Assembly: GCF_001194135.2 (NCBI RefSeq) | Contig: NC_068990.1 | Coordinates: 12,668,368-12,731,937 of the forward strand | Origin: Octopus bimaculoides | Taxonomy: Eukaryota | DNA: 63,570 nucleotides | Reading direction: 5' to 3' | Shown: in pieces, positions 1 to 10,646 of the stretch | Numbering within the stretch: the first letter of the stretch is position 1 | How the letters are laid out: every line of letters starts with the position of its first letter | Notes under the pieces: model-generated | The model's input: only the letters and a program-made list of their open reading frames with translations | Told to the model about the DNA's origin: nothing | Database searches by the model: none | Made by a program: the position numbers and the translations under genes

Positions 1-204
1 CTTTTAATTTTGACTCTATATCTTCAGGAGGAGTTACCTCAATCCTTTCTATATTAACCAAAATGAAGTAGATTGACAAATTTATTTTTTGAACCAGTGG
101 AAGACACGCGAGATGTCGAAATATTGTTCACAAGATAGCAAATGGCACTCTTCTTTTAATTTTGACTCTATATCTTCAGGAGGAGTTACCTCAATCCTTT
201 CTAT

Positions 205-209
<5 letters not shown>
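1..209 (+). mobile_element. Penelope-like pseudo-LTR end: partial tandem duplication (period 152) ending in an (AAT)n microsatellite
   Basis: Bases 1-57 are repeated exactly at 153-209. A hammerhead-like motif lies between the copies (90-130), and (AAT)n follows directly. Tandem pLTRs carrying minimal hammerheads are typical of Penelope-like elements. The upstream part is outside the window. Confidence 0.55.
90..130 (+). ncRNA. Minimal type I hammerhead-like motif, family H3 (variant core)
   Basis: Stem I TGAAC(90-94)/GTTCA(126-130); core CAGTGGA(95-101) plus extra A; stem II GACA(103-106)/TGTC(114-117); GAAA(118-121); ATAT palindrome; predicted AUU cut after 125. The core differs from CUGANGA at positions 4 and 6. 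Confidence 0.5.

Positions 210-283
<74 letters not shown>
208..283. repeat. (AAT)n joined to (ATT)n, forming an inverted microsatellite
   Basis: Read directly from the sequence. Confidence 0.95.
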
Positions 284-285
<2 letters not shown>

Positions 286-286
<1 letters not shown>

Positions 287-460
287 GTGGTGAGCTGGCA
301 GAATCATTAGCACTAGCAGAATTTGAGTTCAAATTCCACCAAAGTCAGCTTTGCCTTTCATCCTTCCGGGGTCGATAAAATAGGTGCCAGTTGAACACTC
401 GGGTCGATGTAATTGACTCATCCTCTCCTCCCCCAAGCTGCCCTTGTGGAAAAAATTTGA
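286..460 (+). mobile_element. tRNA-derived SINE family B, internally deleted
   Basis: A-box-like TGGCAGAATC, B-box GAGTTCAAATTCC and body gtcagctttgcctttcatccttccggggtcgataaaa, all shared with many copies in the window. Confidence 0.8.
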
Positions 461-1254
461 AATAATAATAATAATATTATTATTATCATTATTATTATCA
501 TTATTTCTCATATACTTAATCTTATCTTTAAAATGACTCCATAATAAACATTGATTTACCTGTCAAGCATATTATGAGATGCTAGATAGTAATGCTTTGA
601 GGTAATTTTTAAAAAACAGCCTGTCATTGGTTCAAATTCCTGTTTATATATTGTATGACTACATTAGATTTTTATTGTTATTTCCATGTATTAATGTATA
701 AAGTGCTGTCAAAAATATAGGTTATGTTACAATTAACTGTATTTCTTAAGTTCAAATATTTGCATAGACTTGCATAGATTAATGATATATTGTTCCCGAA
801 TTTGCAAATTCCTCTTTATAAGTCACACTTATTCTACACGGAATTCTTTTTTTGTTTTTCTGAATGGTGGGCTTTACGGCTATGATGGCTTTTTAATCCA
901 GTGTAACCTGCACAACCAATACACTCATATATTTAAAGAAAGTTTAATTAATTCTTTCAGACAGATAGAACACTCATGAATAAAATTATAAATGCACTAA
1001 TTGCTGAGATTTTTCAATGTAAAGTACTATTAGATATTATCAGATCTGATTTGAGAGAGGAAAGAGAAACACAACTTGTATTTGACAACAGAGAAAGAAA
1101 ATATATATTTGTAAATCTTGTGATGCTGGTTATTCTTCTTTTAAAGTGTTTTCTAGAATTTTCTTTTAATTCTTAGCTTTTATTTATTTATCAAATGATT
1201 AACAATCAATTGCTGTTTCTTAAATGGTAGCTTTTGGGTAGCAAAAATTTTATC

Positions 1255-1500
1255 AGAGCAGCAGGCCAAAGAAGGAGCCCATGCATAATCACTACATGCT
1301 AAAAAATATCAGCCAATTGTCCCTCATATTAATTGATCATAAAACACTAGTAGCAGGCTCAAGAAGGATTATATAATTGCCCATTTACTAGAAATAGTAG
1401 CCAATAGTCCCTGAAATCAACTGATTATAGAACACTTGTAGCAGACCAAAACAGGACCCTTTACACGACTGCCCACATGCTAGAAATATAACCAATAGTT
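1255..1500 (+). repeat. Three degenerate ~90-bp tandem units containing the ctagaaatagcagccaa motif
   Basis: agcagg..aagaagg starts recur near 1258, 1352 and 1440. The same motif recurs dispersed near 2720, 9520, 14950 and 28320. Confidence 0.6.
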
Positions 1501-1654
1501 GACAAAAGACTAAGATATCTGGCACTTTGCTGTATTCTAGAGGATCTGCCCACCACAGCGGAAGTGTTATATTGAACCACTTTGGTTAATGCTCCCCTCC
1601 TAACTGAAGGGTTTTTTCTGTTTTTGCTTGCACACTACTTGGTGGCCCTGTTGG

Positions 1655-1880
1655 TGCTGGTACCACATAAAAAGCACCTATGCTGGTTCCACATAAAAGT
1701 AAATTTGCTGTTTCCATATAAGATGCACCTGTTTTGGTGCCTCGTAAAATGTATCTGCATCAGTATCACATAAAATGCACCTGTGCCAGATCCACATAAA
1801 ATGCACCTGTACCAGATCCACATAAAATGCACCTGTGCCAGAGCCACGTAAAAAGCACTTGTGCTGGTGCCATGTAAAAT
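1655..1880 (+). repeat. 26-bp minisatellite (cacataaaatgcacctgtgccagatc) inside a family E SINE body
   Basis: Units start at 1767, 1793, 1819 and 1845, with more degenerate units upstream. The array runs straight into the family E 3' region. Confidence 0.85.
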
Positions 1881-2050
1881 GTGCCCAATACACTCTGTAA
1901 AATGGTTGGCATTTGGCAGGGCATCCAGTCATAGAAAACCAAGCCGAAAGACATGAATGGAACTAGGTGCAGCTCTCCAGCTTGTCAACTCTAGCCAAAC
2001 CATCCAACCAATGCCAGCATGGAAAGCAGACGTTAAATGATGTTGATGTT
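1880..2050 (+). mobile_element. SINE family E 3' region with RTE-type (GAT)n tail
   Basis: ggttggca..gggcatccag..ccaaccaatgccagcatggaaagcagacgttaaatgatg, matching more than 10 copies in the window. The RTE origin of the tail is an inference. Confidence 0.75.
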
Positions 2051-3324
2051 GATGTCCCTCAAATCACACTTCACTGCCTTAATATGGAAACACACATTAG
2101 ATACTGCAGTTCTAGATTAACCCCTAAAATGACAGCATTTCCTTTAACTGCAGTGTCTTTAATCCTGGTTGTACTTGACATAGCGCAAAACAACGATAAG
2201 TGCATTACAATATGTTAGTCTATGTTAGAGTTCTGACAATTTGTCAGTATTACCATGTGTTTTTTTTTGTTATTTTTTTCTTTATAGTTTTGCCTTGTGT
2301 AAATGTTTTAAAAAATCCGGAAAGTTTATGTCAAGTTTTTCTAATAAAAATAAACATGAAACTCTTGGATGCTGCCTTTTTACTCTCTTAAATGCAGAAG
2401 TCTCTGATATCCAAGTGGTTAAAGAGTATCAGTTGAAGGGCACCCGGGAATCATGACCTTGCTGTGGCCCGGCCCCTTTGAGTGTGAAAAGTTAAGGACT
2501 GAAACACTTGCCTAAGAGGAGTTTCTTTTTTAACGAGTTTCTGCAGCTCAGCTCACTTGAGAGATTCTTACCAATAAATTAAAATAGAAACTAAAATATG
2601 CGCACATATTCATTTGAGTAGCACATACTATTGAAGGTATGTCATATATTTTTCAATCCAGGCAAAGACCGAGTAAAAATACATTCATATATGAAAGAGC
2701 TTCAACAAGGCAGCTCTCAGCTGCTAGAAATAGCAGCCAACTCACTCTCTGTTATCTTCAAATAGGTAGAGGACATTGGATAATTTAGTCTTCGATACAT
2801 CATACTTGAACAATAAGAAGGGATAGTCACAGCTGGACTGCCTATTAATACAAGTGTTTCCATTCATCCATTTCTTTGTACAAAAAACTGCTACCTTTCA
2901 AAATGTCTTTCCTTCCTATATAGTACACAAACTAAATTAAATTTCATAATACTTGTACCAGTTTAACTCACTAATATACTCAACTACTTCCTGTCAGTTT
3001 ACAAGTGATTTTTTGGACAATACCTCTTCTACTCAGATGCAATCGTGTAAAAAGAAAAGTGTTCTTTTCCATGAATTAATGCAAATATCTGAATTTGCAA
3101 AAATACCTAATTCACTTTAGTAGTCTTTCAAGTGGATTTATTCTTGGCTTTTTAAGCTACAGAACTTCTTATTATTTTGCTACCATTTCTTCTTTTCCTC
3201 TTTTCTGTCTCTCTTTTCTAATGGCATTGTGCCTGGTGAATGCATACAGTTCTTTTATAACATACAAACATAAATTTATTGGTTAACACACTGATTGGCT
3301 GGCAGTATAAGAGATATAACTTGA

Positions 3325-3510
3325 GCTGGTAGAATCATTAGCACAATGGATAAAGTGCTTAGCTGTATTCCTTTTGGCTCTTAATGTTCTCTGTTCAAAA
3401 TCCAGCAAGTCAACTTCACTTTCATTCCTTCAGGGTCAATAACATAAAGTGCCAGGTAAGAATTGGGGATGATGTAATCGACTTCTCCCGTCCCCTAAAA
3501 AGTAGCTGGC
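3325..3510 (+). mobile_element. SINE family B, diverged
   Basis: gagctggtagaatcattagc ... gttcaaaatcc ... ttcattccttcagggtcaataa. Confidence 0.7.
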
Positions 3511-3552
3511 TTTGAACCCATCCTGTAATGGATCAGCATCTGATTCAGGGAT

Positions 3553-3891
3553 GGCTCCAGGTTCAGTCTCACTGCATGGCACCTTGGGCAAGTGCCGTCT
3601 ACTATAGCCTCAGGCCAATCAAAGCCTAGTGAATGAATTTGGTTGACAGAAACTGAAAAAAGCCTGTTGTATGTATGTGTGTGCCTGTGTGTCTTTGTGT
3701 TTGTCCCCCACCACCGTTTGGCAACTAGTGTTGGTTTGTTTATGCCCCTGTAACTTGGCAGTTTGGCAAAAGGTATTGATAAAATAAGTAACAGGCTTTA
3801 AAAAGAAAAAAGTTCTAGGGTTGATTTATTCAACTAAATATTTTTCAAGGCAGTGCTCTAGCATGGCCACAGTCTAAAGACTGAAACAAAT
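3553..3891 (+). mobile_element. SINE family A (CORE-like, internal microsatellite), head truncated
   Basis: B-box ggttcagtctc, CORE-like accttgggcaagtg, internal (TG)n and 3' end gcagtgctctagcatggccacagtc..gactgaaacaa. Confidence 0.8.
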
Positions 3892-5009
3892 NNNNNNNNN
3901 NNNNNNNNNNNNNNNNNNNNNNNNNNNNNNNNNNNNNNNNNNNNNNNNNNNNNNNNNNNNNNNNNNNNNNNNNNNNNNNNNNNNNNNNNNNNNNNNNNNN
4001 NNNNNNNNNNNNNNNNNNNNNNNNNNNNNNNNNNNNNNNNNNNNNNNNNNNNNNNNNNNNNNNNNNNNNNNNNNNNNNNNNNNNNNNNNNNNNNNNNNNN
4101 NNNNNNNNNNNNNNNNNNNNNNNNNNNNNNNNNNNNNNNNNNNNNNNNNNNNNNNNNNNNNNNNNNNNNNNNNNNNNNNNNNNNNNNNNNNNNNNNNNNN
4201 NNNNNNNNNNNNNNNNNNNNNNNNNNNNNNNNNNNNNNNNNNNNNNNNNNNNNNNNNNNNNNNNNNNNNNNNNNNNNNNNNNNNNNNNNNNNNNNNNNNN
4301 NNNNNNNNNNNNNNNNNNNNNNNNNNNNNNNNNNNNNNNNNNNNNNNNNNNNNNNNNNNNNNNNNNNNNNNNNNNNNNNNNNNNNNNNNNNNNNNNNNNN
4401 NNNNNNNNNNNNNNNNNNNNNNNNNNNNNNNNNNNNNNNNNNNNNNNNNNNNNNNNNNNNNNNNNNNNNNNNNNNNNNNNNNNNNNNNNNNNNNNNNNNG
4501 CTTAGTGTGGGAGTTATACATTGTGGAAAGCAGTAAAAGAAGGGGGAAAGAAGGGGGTATGATTGGGATCCTTGATATTAATTCTTCAAGTGGATTTGTT
4601 CTTGGTTTTTTAAAACCTAAACAACTACTCGTTATTTTCTAGTCTCCGTTCTTCTTTTCTCTCTTTCTCTTTGTGTAAGTGTGTGTGTGTGTGTGTGTGT
4701 GTATGCATGTGTGTGTGTGTGTGGGTGTGTGTGTGTGTGTTTATGCATGTATATAGATGCACTTTCAGTTCTCATACATAGTGCACCTGTTCATTGATTT
4801 GTTACTCTACCTCCTACCCTCTGCTTCTTCCCTCCTTCTCTTTATAAACTGCCTCAATTCTCTGCCTTAATTCTCATGGTTCCTCACATCACAGTTCCTT
4901 ACAGCCTTTCAAATTGTTTTAATTTATTTCTCTCCTATGAACTTTTATTAATCTGTTGTTCTCACTGCTCTTTCCAGCTTATTCTCATTCTGCCCTTTTC
5001 CTCCTTTGC

Positions 5010-5260
5010 TGTGTTTATGTATGTGGTTAAGATCAGCTATCAGCCAGGTGCCCTTCTTATGCCCAGGAGTTGTATTGTGCGGCAGGCATACACTCAACTT
5101 TGCTCTTGTTTCAAGTTCATTCTTTGATGTATTCCATCCACAAACGTCTCTGGCATCCTCTTGATCACCCTTCCACACGTCAGGATGATCTTGGACACTG
5201 ACCTGTGTTGGCCACACTGTATGTGTAGTCATACTAATGCATATACATCCCTTTGTCCCT
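5010..5260 (-). pseudogene. Decayed RTE-clade LINE ORF2 C-terminus
   Basis: The minus strand reads ..VEG*SRGCQRRLWMEYIKE*T*NKSKVECMPAAQYNSW.., resembling the RTE end motif VEGKRxRGRxRxxWxDxIKEWT. It contains stops and frameshifts. Confidence 0.6.
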
Positions 5261-5708
5261 TGACTCTTTGGTCAGCCTTCTGCCTTATCTCCTATCTCAC
5301 CCACCTGGCCATCACCATTTCAATTGACATGTGTGGCCATGTTTCCCCTCATCGTTCCACTGTCTTCCTCATTGCTCAACTTCTACACAACTCATACCAC
5401 ACCCCATACTATTCACACCCCTTCATACACTGGCTTTCCCCTCAACCTCCCACACATCACTTGAAATCTCTTCTCTACATGCCATTTTTTATTTTATCCA
5501 GCTTCCATTTCTTTCTGCTTTCTCTGCAGAAGAAAGTAATTCAACAACGCGGGTTGATGAACCGTAAGACGTGTGGCCAGAACCTCCTGGAAAATAACCA
5601 TAGCGAGGGACATTCCACAGTTGAATTAGAACAGTCACAAACAGTGAAAAAAGACATGCACCCAACACCAGAGCTGAAGACACCTCCGAAAGGAGGGGCC
5701 CCGCCACG

Positions 5709-5824
5709 TCAAAACAGTAGAGGAGTAGGTGCCGAAACCGGACGTGGTTCCTCCTGATGATGTCTTGAGCTAACTGGATCCTATAAAGGATCTGTTGTGG
5801 TAGCAGACCACGAAACATGGTTGA
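5709..5824 (+). ncRNA. Candidate full-size type III hammerhead ribozyme, family H4
   Basis: GTA cut triplet 5717-5719; stem I 5720-5726/5747-5753; canonical CTGATGA 5754-5760 plus extra T; long imperfect stem II 5762-5811; GAAAC 5812-5816 pairing back to GT 5717-5718; bulged stem III out to 5709/5824. Folded by eye only. Confidence 0.45.
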
Positions 5825-5904
5825 AATTCCTCCCTCCAGCATCCAAAATGTTAGATCTTATCATCTTCCTCATGATATAAAGTACCAAGTACACTCTATA
5901 AATT

Positions 5905-6046
5905 GATTGGCATTAGGAAGGGCATCCAACTGTAGAAACCAAGCCATAACAGACTATGGAACCTGCTGTGGTCCTTGGCTTTGCCAGTTCTTGTCAAACC
6001 GTCCAACCCATGCCAGCATGGAAAGCAGACGTTAAATGATGATGAT
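5905..6046 (+). mobile_element. SINE family E 3' region
   Basis: ggcattaggaagggcatccaactgtagaaacc ... ccaacccatgccagcatggaaagcagacgttaaatgatgatgat. Confidence 0.8.
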
Positions 6047-6824
6047 CAGTTATTACTTTTTGCCAATACAGAACATCACTAGTTTCCTCAGTTCTTCTGT
6101 TTTAATATAAACACTGTAGCTTCTCTTGAGAGGGCATTTAAATTCATTAATTTATAAATATAGTTATTTATTTACTGACAGTAGTAATGTTTTGATCAGA
6201 TGAAAATATAGATTAGGCTATATCACTTCTTCAATCACTAATTTCTTTTGAAATAGTAATATCCCTTGTGTGTCTTATTGCATTTACTTCTCTATGAAAA
6301 CTCTAAAGAGTTGATAGAAAATCATTAATCATAATTCTTAAACATAACAACTATTAGAGTTAAGTTAATAAAATTAACATTGTTAATAAAAGAGCCATTA
6401 AAGAACTAATTAAAAAATAACTGCAGTAACAAAAAATTTTAAATTATAAACAAAAAATTAGTCAATGACTAATACTAAAAATTAGTTAATGACTAATACT
6501 ATTTTCATTTTTTCAGCAAGTACAGGAGATGTCATAGGACATGTTTCAATCGTATTGTGACCTCACCAGCATAACGTATATTATATTTACAACTGCCAAA
6601 TGGCTGTTACAACTCCATCACTTTACAGCATCATGTTTCTGCTAAAACAAAATACCAATTTAGTCAATGGTTTTACTTTAGCTATATTGTTCTTTTTCTG
6701 TGTTAATTTTAACAGCAAATATTCATCTTGATGTAGTAATGTGTTACATTTTCCAGAAATTTGTCTGTAAATGATTTTTTTTTATTGAATTTAATGACTA
6801 ATTTTTTGTTCTTTTATTTTTCAG

Positions 6825-7032
6825 CTGTTTATGATATCGGTGCTGTTGCACCAGATACGTACTGTGGCTATACAATACGAGGTGAAAACAAACCTACTGG
6901 ATACATAGTATCACCGACATACCCTGGCATTTATCCAGACAACTTATTTTGCTACTATAAGCTACAAGGGAAACCAAAACAACGGATTAGATTAAAATTT
7001 GAAGATTTCTCACTATTTCATGGTGGAGAGTA
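6825..7032 (+). CDS. Sol1: Internal coding exon: N-terminal half of a CUB domain of a SOL-1-like (suppressor of lurcher 1) protein
   Basis: Polypyrimidine tract with tttcAG acceptor at 6823-6824 and GTGAGT donor at 7033. Encodes VYDIGAVAPDTYCGYTIRGENKPTGYIVSPTYPGIYPDNLFCYYKLQGKPKQRIRLKFEDFSLFHGGE plus TA (CUB hallmarks C..G.I.SP.YP..YP.N..C). The Sol1 call rests on recalled similarity to insect Sol1 and needs BLAST; the CUB exon itself is more certain than the gene name. Confidence 0.85.
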
Positions 7033-7754
7033 GTGAGTATATAAAACTTTTTAATCCGTTACCTGAATATGATGTAGAAACCTGAGTGTTTAATTCGTGA
7101 AATCTTATTGTTTTTTTTTTCTTTTATTAACCATAAATTATAAAAATATCAAAGGTGAAATACAGATTTTATGCATCTTCTCTACAGCAAGAAAACTGTT
7201 CTGCTCTGGCTCCCTTCTCTTATATGTTTACTGATTTTTTTCCCCCTCATTGTCTATTATAAAGTTGACCCTTCCTCCTTAAGAAGTTCATGGTTTTGAA
7301 AAACTGCATAACAGCCTCACTAGTGCTGATGGCCAAAAAGATATCACTCAGTAATACTTCAAACTGGTTGGCATCAGGAAGGTCATCTTGCCATAGAAAC
7401 CAAGTCAAAGGATGCAGGGGAGCATAAAGTAATCCTTGGATCCATCAGACCTTCTCAAGCCATAGAATTTATACCAGTATGGAACATGGGCTTTAAATGA
7501 TGGTGATGGTAGTGGTGATGAGAATTTAAACCAAACAAATCAAAGATGTTTTGTGTCTGGATATAAATCTGTGGCAAAATCTTTTGGTACTTTATAGAGT
7601 GGAATTACAGTCACAGATTAAGACAAAGGTCAATGAAATAATACATTCAAATCCAAAGGATTATCAGGACTCTCGCATGATGTAATTATTTTACCCATAC
7701 ATATGGGCACATACACACATACTTAGGAAAGGTAAACTATCTCTGGTAGAGGTA

Positions 7755-8005
7755 CGTGGCTTAGTGTTTAGGGTGTCAGCATCATCATTGTAAGATTGTG
7801 GTTTCGATTCCAGGACTGGGTGACACATTGTGTTCTTGAGTAAAACACATCATTTCACGTTGCTCCAGTCCACTCAGCTGGCAAAAATGAGTAGCGCTGT
7901 GATGGACTGGCGTCCTGTTCAGCTGGGGAACACATACACCATTGAAACCGGGAAACCGGGCCCATGAGCCTGGCTAGGCTTTAAAAGGGCGCATTTATTT
8001 TTATT
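7755..8005 (+). mobile_element. tRNA-derived SINE family D with a V-domain-like motif
   Basis: A-box ggcttagtgttt, B-box ggtttcgattcc, tgtgttcttgagtaaaacac and gatggactggcgtcctgt, which resembles the V-SINE central domain. Confidence 0.65.
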
Positions 8006-8101
8006 ATTAAACTATCTCTAATTTGACTAAATTTCAAAATTTGAATTGATATATGAAACTTAGCATAATGTTAGTGAAATTTCATTTTCCATTAAATTAT
8101 A

Positions 8102-8337
8102 CAGGGTGGTCCAAAAGTAGGTTTACATTTATTCAACTATCTCTTTCACATTCATATATTAACAGTTTAGATCTTAATTATAAGAAAATATGAAACCATT
8201 ATTCTATGCTAATTTAGTTAATTTTGTTAAGCTCCCTTTTCAGTTTGTAAGATAGAAATTTAAAAGTAATAAATTGTTTTAAAAGAAATCTAAAGTGCCT
8301 ATGTGATAACTGTAAACCTACTTTTGGGGCCACCAAG
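8102..8337. mobile_element. Tc1/mariner-type MITE
   Basis: Left TIR CAGGGTGGTCCAAAAGTAGGTTTACA and right TIR TGTAAACCTACTTTTGGGGCCACCAAG, with TA on both flanks (8100-8101 and 8338-8339). Confidence 0.85.
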
Positions 8338-8399
8338 TACATCATTACTCTGTGTTTCATAATTTGTTCTTTGTTTATTTTCATATGCTTGGTAAAGGT

Positions 8400-8720
8400 C
8401 TATGGCTTAGTGGTTAGGATATTTGGCTGATGATAATAAGGTCAGGGGTTTGAATCCCAGCCGTATGTTGTGTCCTTGGCAGGACACGTTATTTCACATT
8501 GGTCCAGTCAACTTAGCTGGCAAAAATGGGTTGAATCTGTAGTTCAAAAGGCCAGCCTTGTCACATTTTCTATCATGCTGAATCTCTCTGACAACTACAT
8601 GAAGATTACACATGTCTGTGGAGTGCTCAGCAGCTTACACATTCATTTCACAAGCAGACTGTTCCATTGATCAGATCAACTGGAACCCCTTTCCATTGTA
8701 ACCAACAAAGTGCCAGTTTA
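8400..8720 (+). mobile_element. tRNA-derived SINE sharing head and centre with family D but with a different 3' half
   Basis: tggcttagtggttagg, ggtttgaatccc and atttcacattggtccagtcaacttagctggcaaaaatg, followed by a tail unrelated to the 7755 copy. Confidence 0.65.
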
Positions 8721-9062
8721 TTACTATTTTTTTATATGCTTGAAAATACTAACACACTTTTGCTCCTTTATTATATACACATACATGTATGTGTACACAT
8801 ACACACACACACATGCATATATACACGATAGGTAAGATGGATAATGTTGGGAGTATACTTTTGTAACTGTGGGTAATGTTAGTCAATGTTACATTGAGAC
8901 ATACAGTACAATGTCTGAAATAGAAAGTGTCTTTGTACATAATGTGTGTGCGTGTGTTTGAGAGAGTGAGAGAGAGAGAGCATGTGTTTGTATATGCATG
9001 CATATGTATCTGTGTGTATGTTTGAGAGTGTGTTTGTACATGCATGTGTGAGTGTGCATATG

Positions 9063-9119
<57 letters not shown>

Positions 9120-9764
9120 GATGCTTATGTCAACAGATTTGCATTTTCCTGATTCTGAAATTGAAGCCAATCTCTGCAATGTAATCCTTCAGATTGAATT
9201 ATTGTAAAGTAGATTTAGTTCTTGATCCAGCTGGGATTTTATATGTAAACTCATCTTCACGCACATGCACAACACGTTCTCATATGTGCACATGCAAACA
9301 TACCTTCACACACTATACCTTCACACACTACAACTACATACATGTAATATGCATGCATATTACACAAAGACATGCACACAAATAAGGAAATACTTTCCAA
9401 ACTTTGTAAATGTGACTCTGCTGATAAATGAACCTGTAATGCTCAGATCCAGAGGTTGATGTTGATACTGTATTCACTTACAGAAACTACAAGTCTATCT
9501 CTTTAGTGTAGCACAACTTGCTAGAAATAGCAGTTAAAATCTTTCAAATCATACCCAATTACTTAATACAAGAAAGGCACATTTAAAGTAACAGCAGATG
9601 TGTGAAATATTAAAAAAAAATAATGGAATTTCTTTGATAGTATGCCTGTTTGAATATTAATATAACAATATTAATGTAACATGATAATGTTTGTGTTCTA
9701 GACTTCTCAAGTATATTCTGTGCTTAAATCCAGTTTCATAGTGTTAACGTTTTTGTTACCATCA

Positions 9765-9915
9765 TCATCATCATCATCATCATCGTTTAACGTCCGCTTT
9801 CCATGCTAGCATGGGTTGGACTGGTGAAACCGGATGGCAACACCAGGCTCCAATCTAATTTGGCAGCGTTTCTACAGCTGGATGCCCTTCCTAACGCCAA
9901 CCACTCAGAGAGTGT
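9765..9915 (-). mobile_element. SINE family E 3' region
   Basis: (CAT)n followed by cgtttaacgtccgctttccatgctagcatgggttgga ... ggatgcccttcctaacgccaaccac. Confidence 0.85.
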
Positions 9916-10018
9916 AGCCACTCAAATGCACTAACTGTGATTCAATCAATTTTTTAAATAATGAAAAATTGAATAAAATAACATTGTCATCATTAATCTG
10001 GTGTCTGGAACAAATTAA

Positions 10019-10646
10019 CCCTTTGCGTGGTCTAACCAGTCAGATCACACTTTTCCTGTAATGTAGTTCTAAAGCTTACTATCACCTCATCAAAATTTTG
10101 AAGCTACAAAACTATCCATGTTTTAATTAAAAACAATTTGAATGAAAAGACATTACATGTTTCAGAATAATCTGAATGCTCAAGGGTCAATCTATTGCTC
10201 TCACCATCCCTTCTAGCTCATTCCCACTTTGTCCTCTTACTCTCCTGCCATGTTATGTATGTAGTCATCATAAGTCATTAATCAGGTGCCTTCTTTGTGT
10301 CCAGGGATTGGCTTGTCATAGACAAGCCTTTCCTATATCATTGTATATTAATCACCAAACAATAAAATTGATGTTTTCTGCTTCAGCAATATTTTTCCTT
10401 TACTTCCTCTAGGTACAGTTTTCATATCCACCATTAAATTATTTCATTCTTGCTCCTTAGATGAAATATGTGAAAACATTAAAAGAATCTAGAAAATTAT
10501 CTTTTGCAAAAAATGACGCTGCAAATATCTCAGCTTCTCTCTGCATAAGAAGAGAGATTTTTTTTAAATCTTTGAATAAAACATCTTTCTGCAGTTAATG
10601 ATAATAAAATTTTCATAACATATATCTGCTTTCTACGTTCAAAGGG
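10019..10646. mobile_element. Possible piggyBac-type non-autonomous element or nested fragments
   Basis: TTAA|CCCTTTG at 10015-10025 and CAAAGGG|TTAA at 10640-10650. Similar ends near 10186 and 10746 make the pairing ambiguous. Confidence 0.4.

Noticed and set aside
1655-1880. CRISPR-like look of the 26-bp repeats
   Set aside because: The units are contiguous with no unique spacers, the context is eukaryotic, and there are no cas genes.
3892-4499. N gaps here and elsewhere as possible hiding places for exons
   Set aside because: They are assembly gaps, mostly abutting (TA)n tracts, and the two exons already join in phase. Hidden content cannot be excluded.
5674-5745. Alternative type I hammerhead using CTGAAGA 5674 and GAAACCGG 5734
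   Set aside because: There is no stem I pairing and no valid NUH triplet (GAC). The type III reading at 5709-5824 fits better.
5161-5757. 198-aa plus-strand ORF
   Set aside because: It overlaps an antisense RTE fossil and low-complexity pyrimidine-rich DNA, and shows no domain signature or splice context.
6517-6570. Possible extra Sol1 exon after the tttcAG at 6515-6516
   Set aside because: I found no consensus donor in the phase needed to join exon 6825, and no CUB-like peptide.
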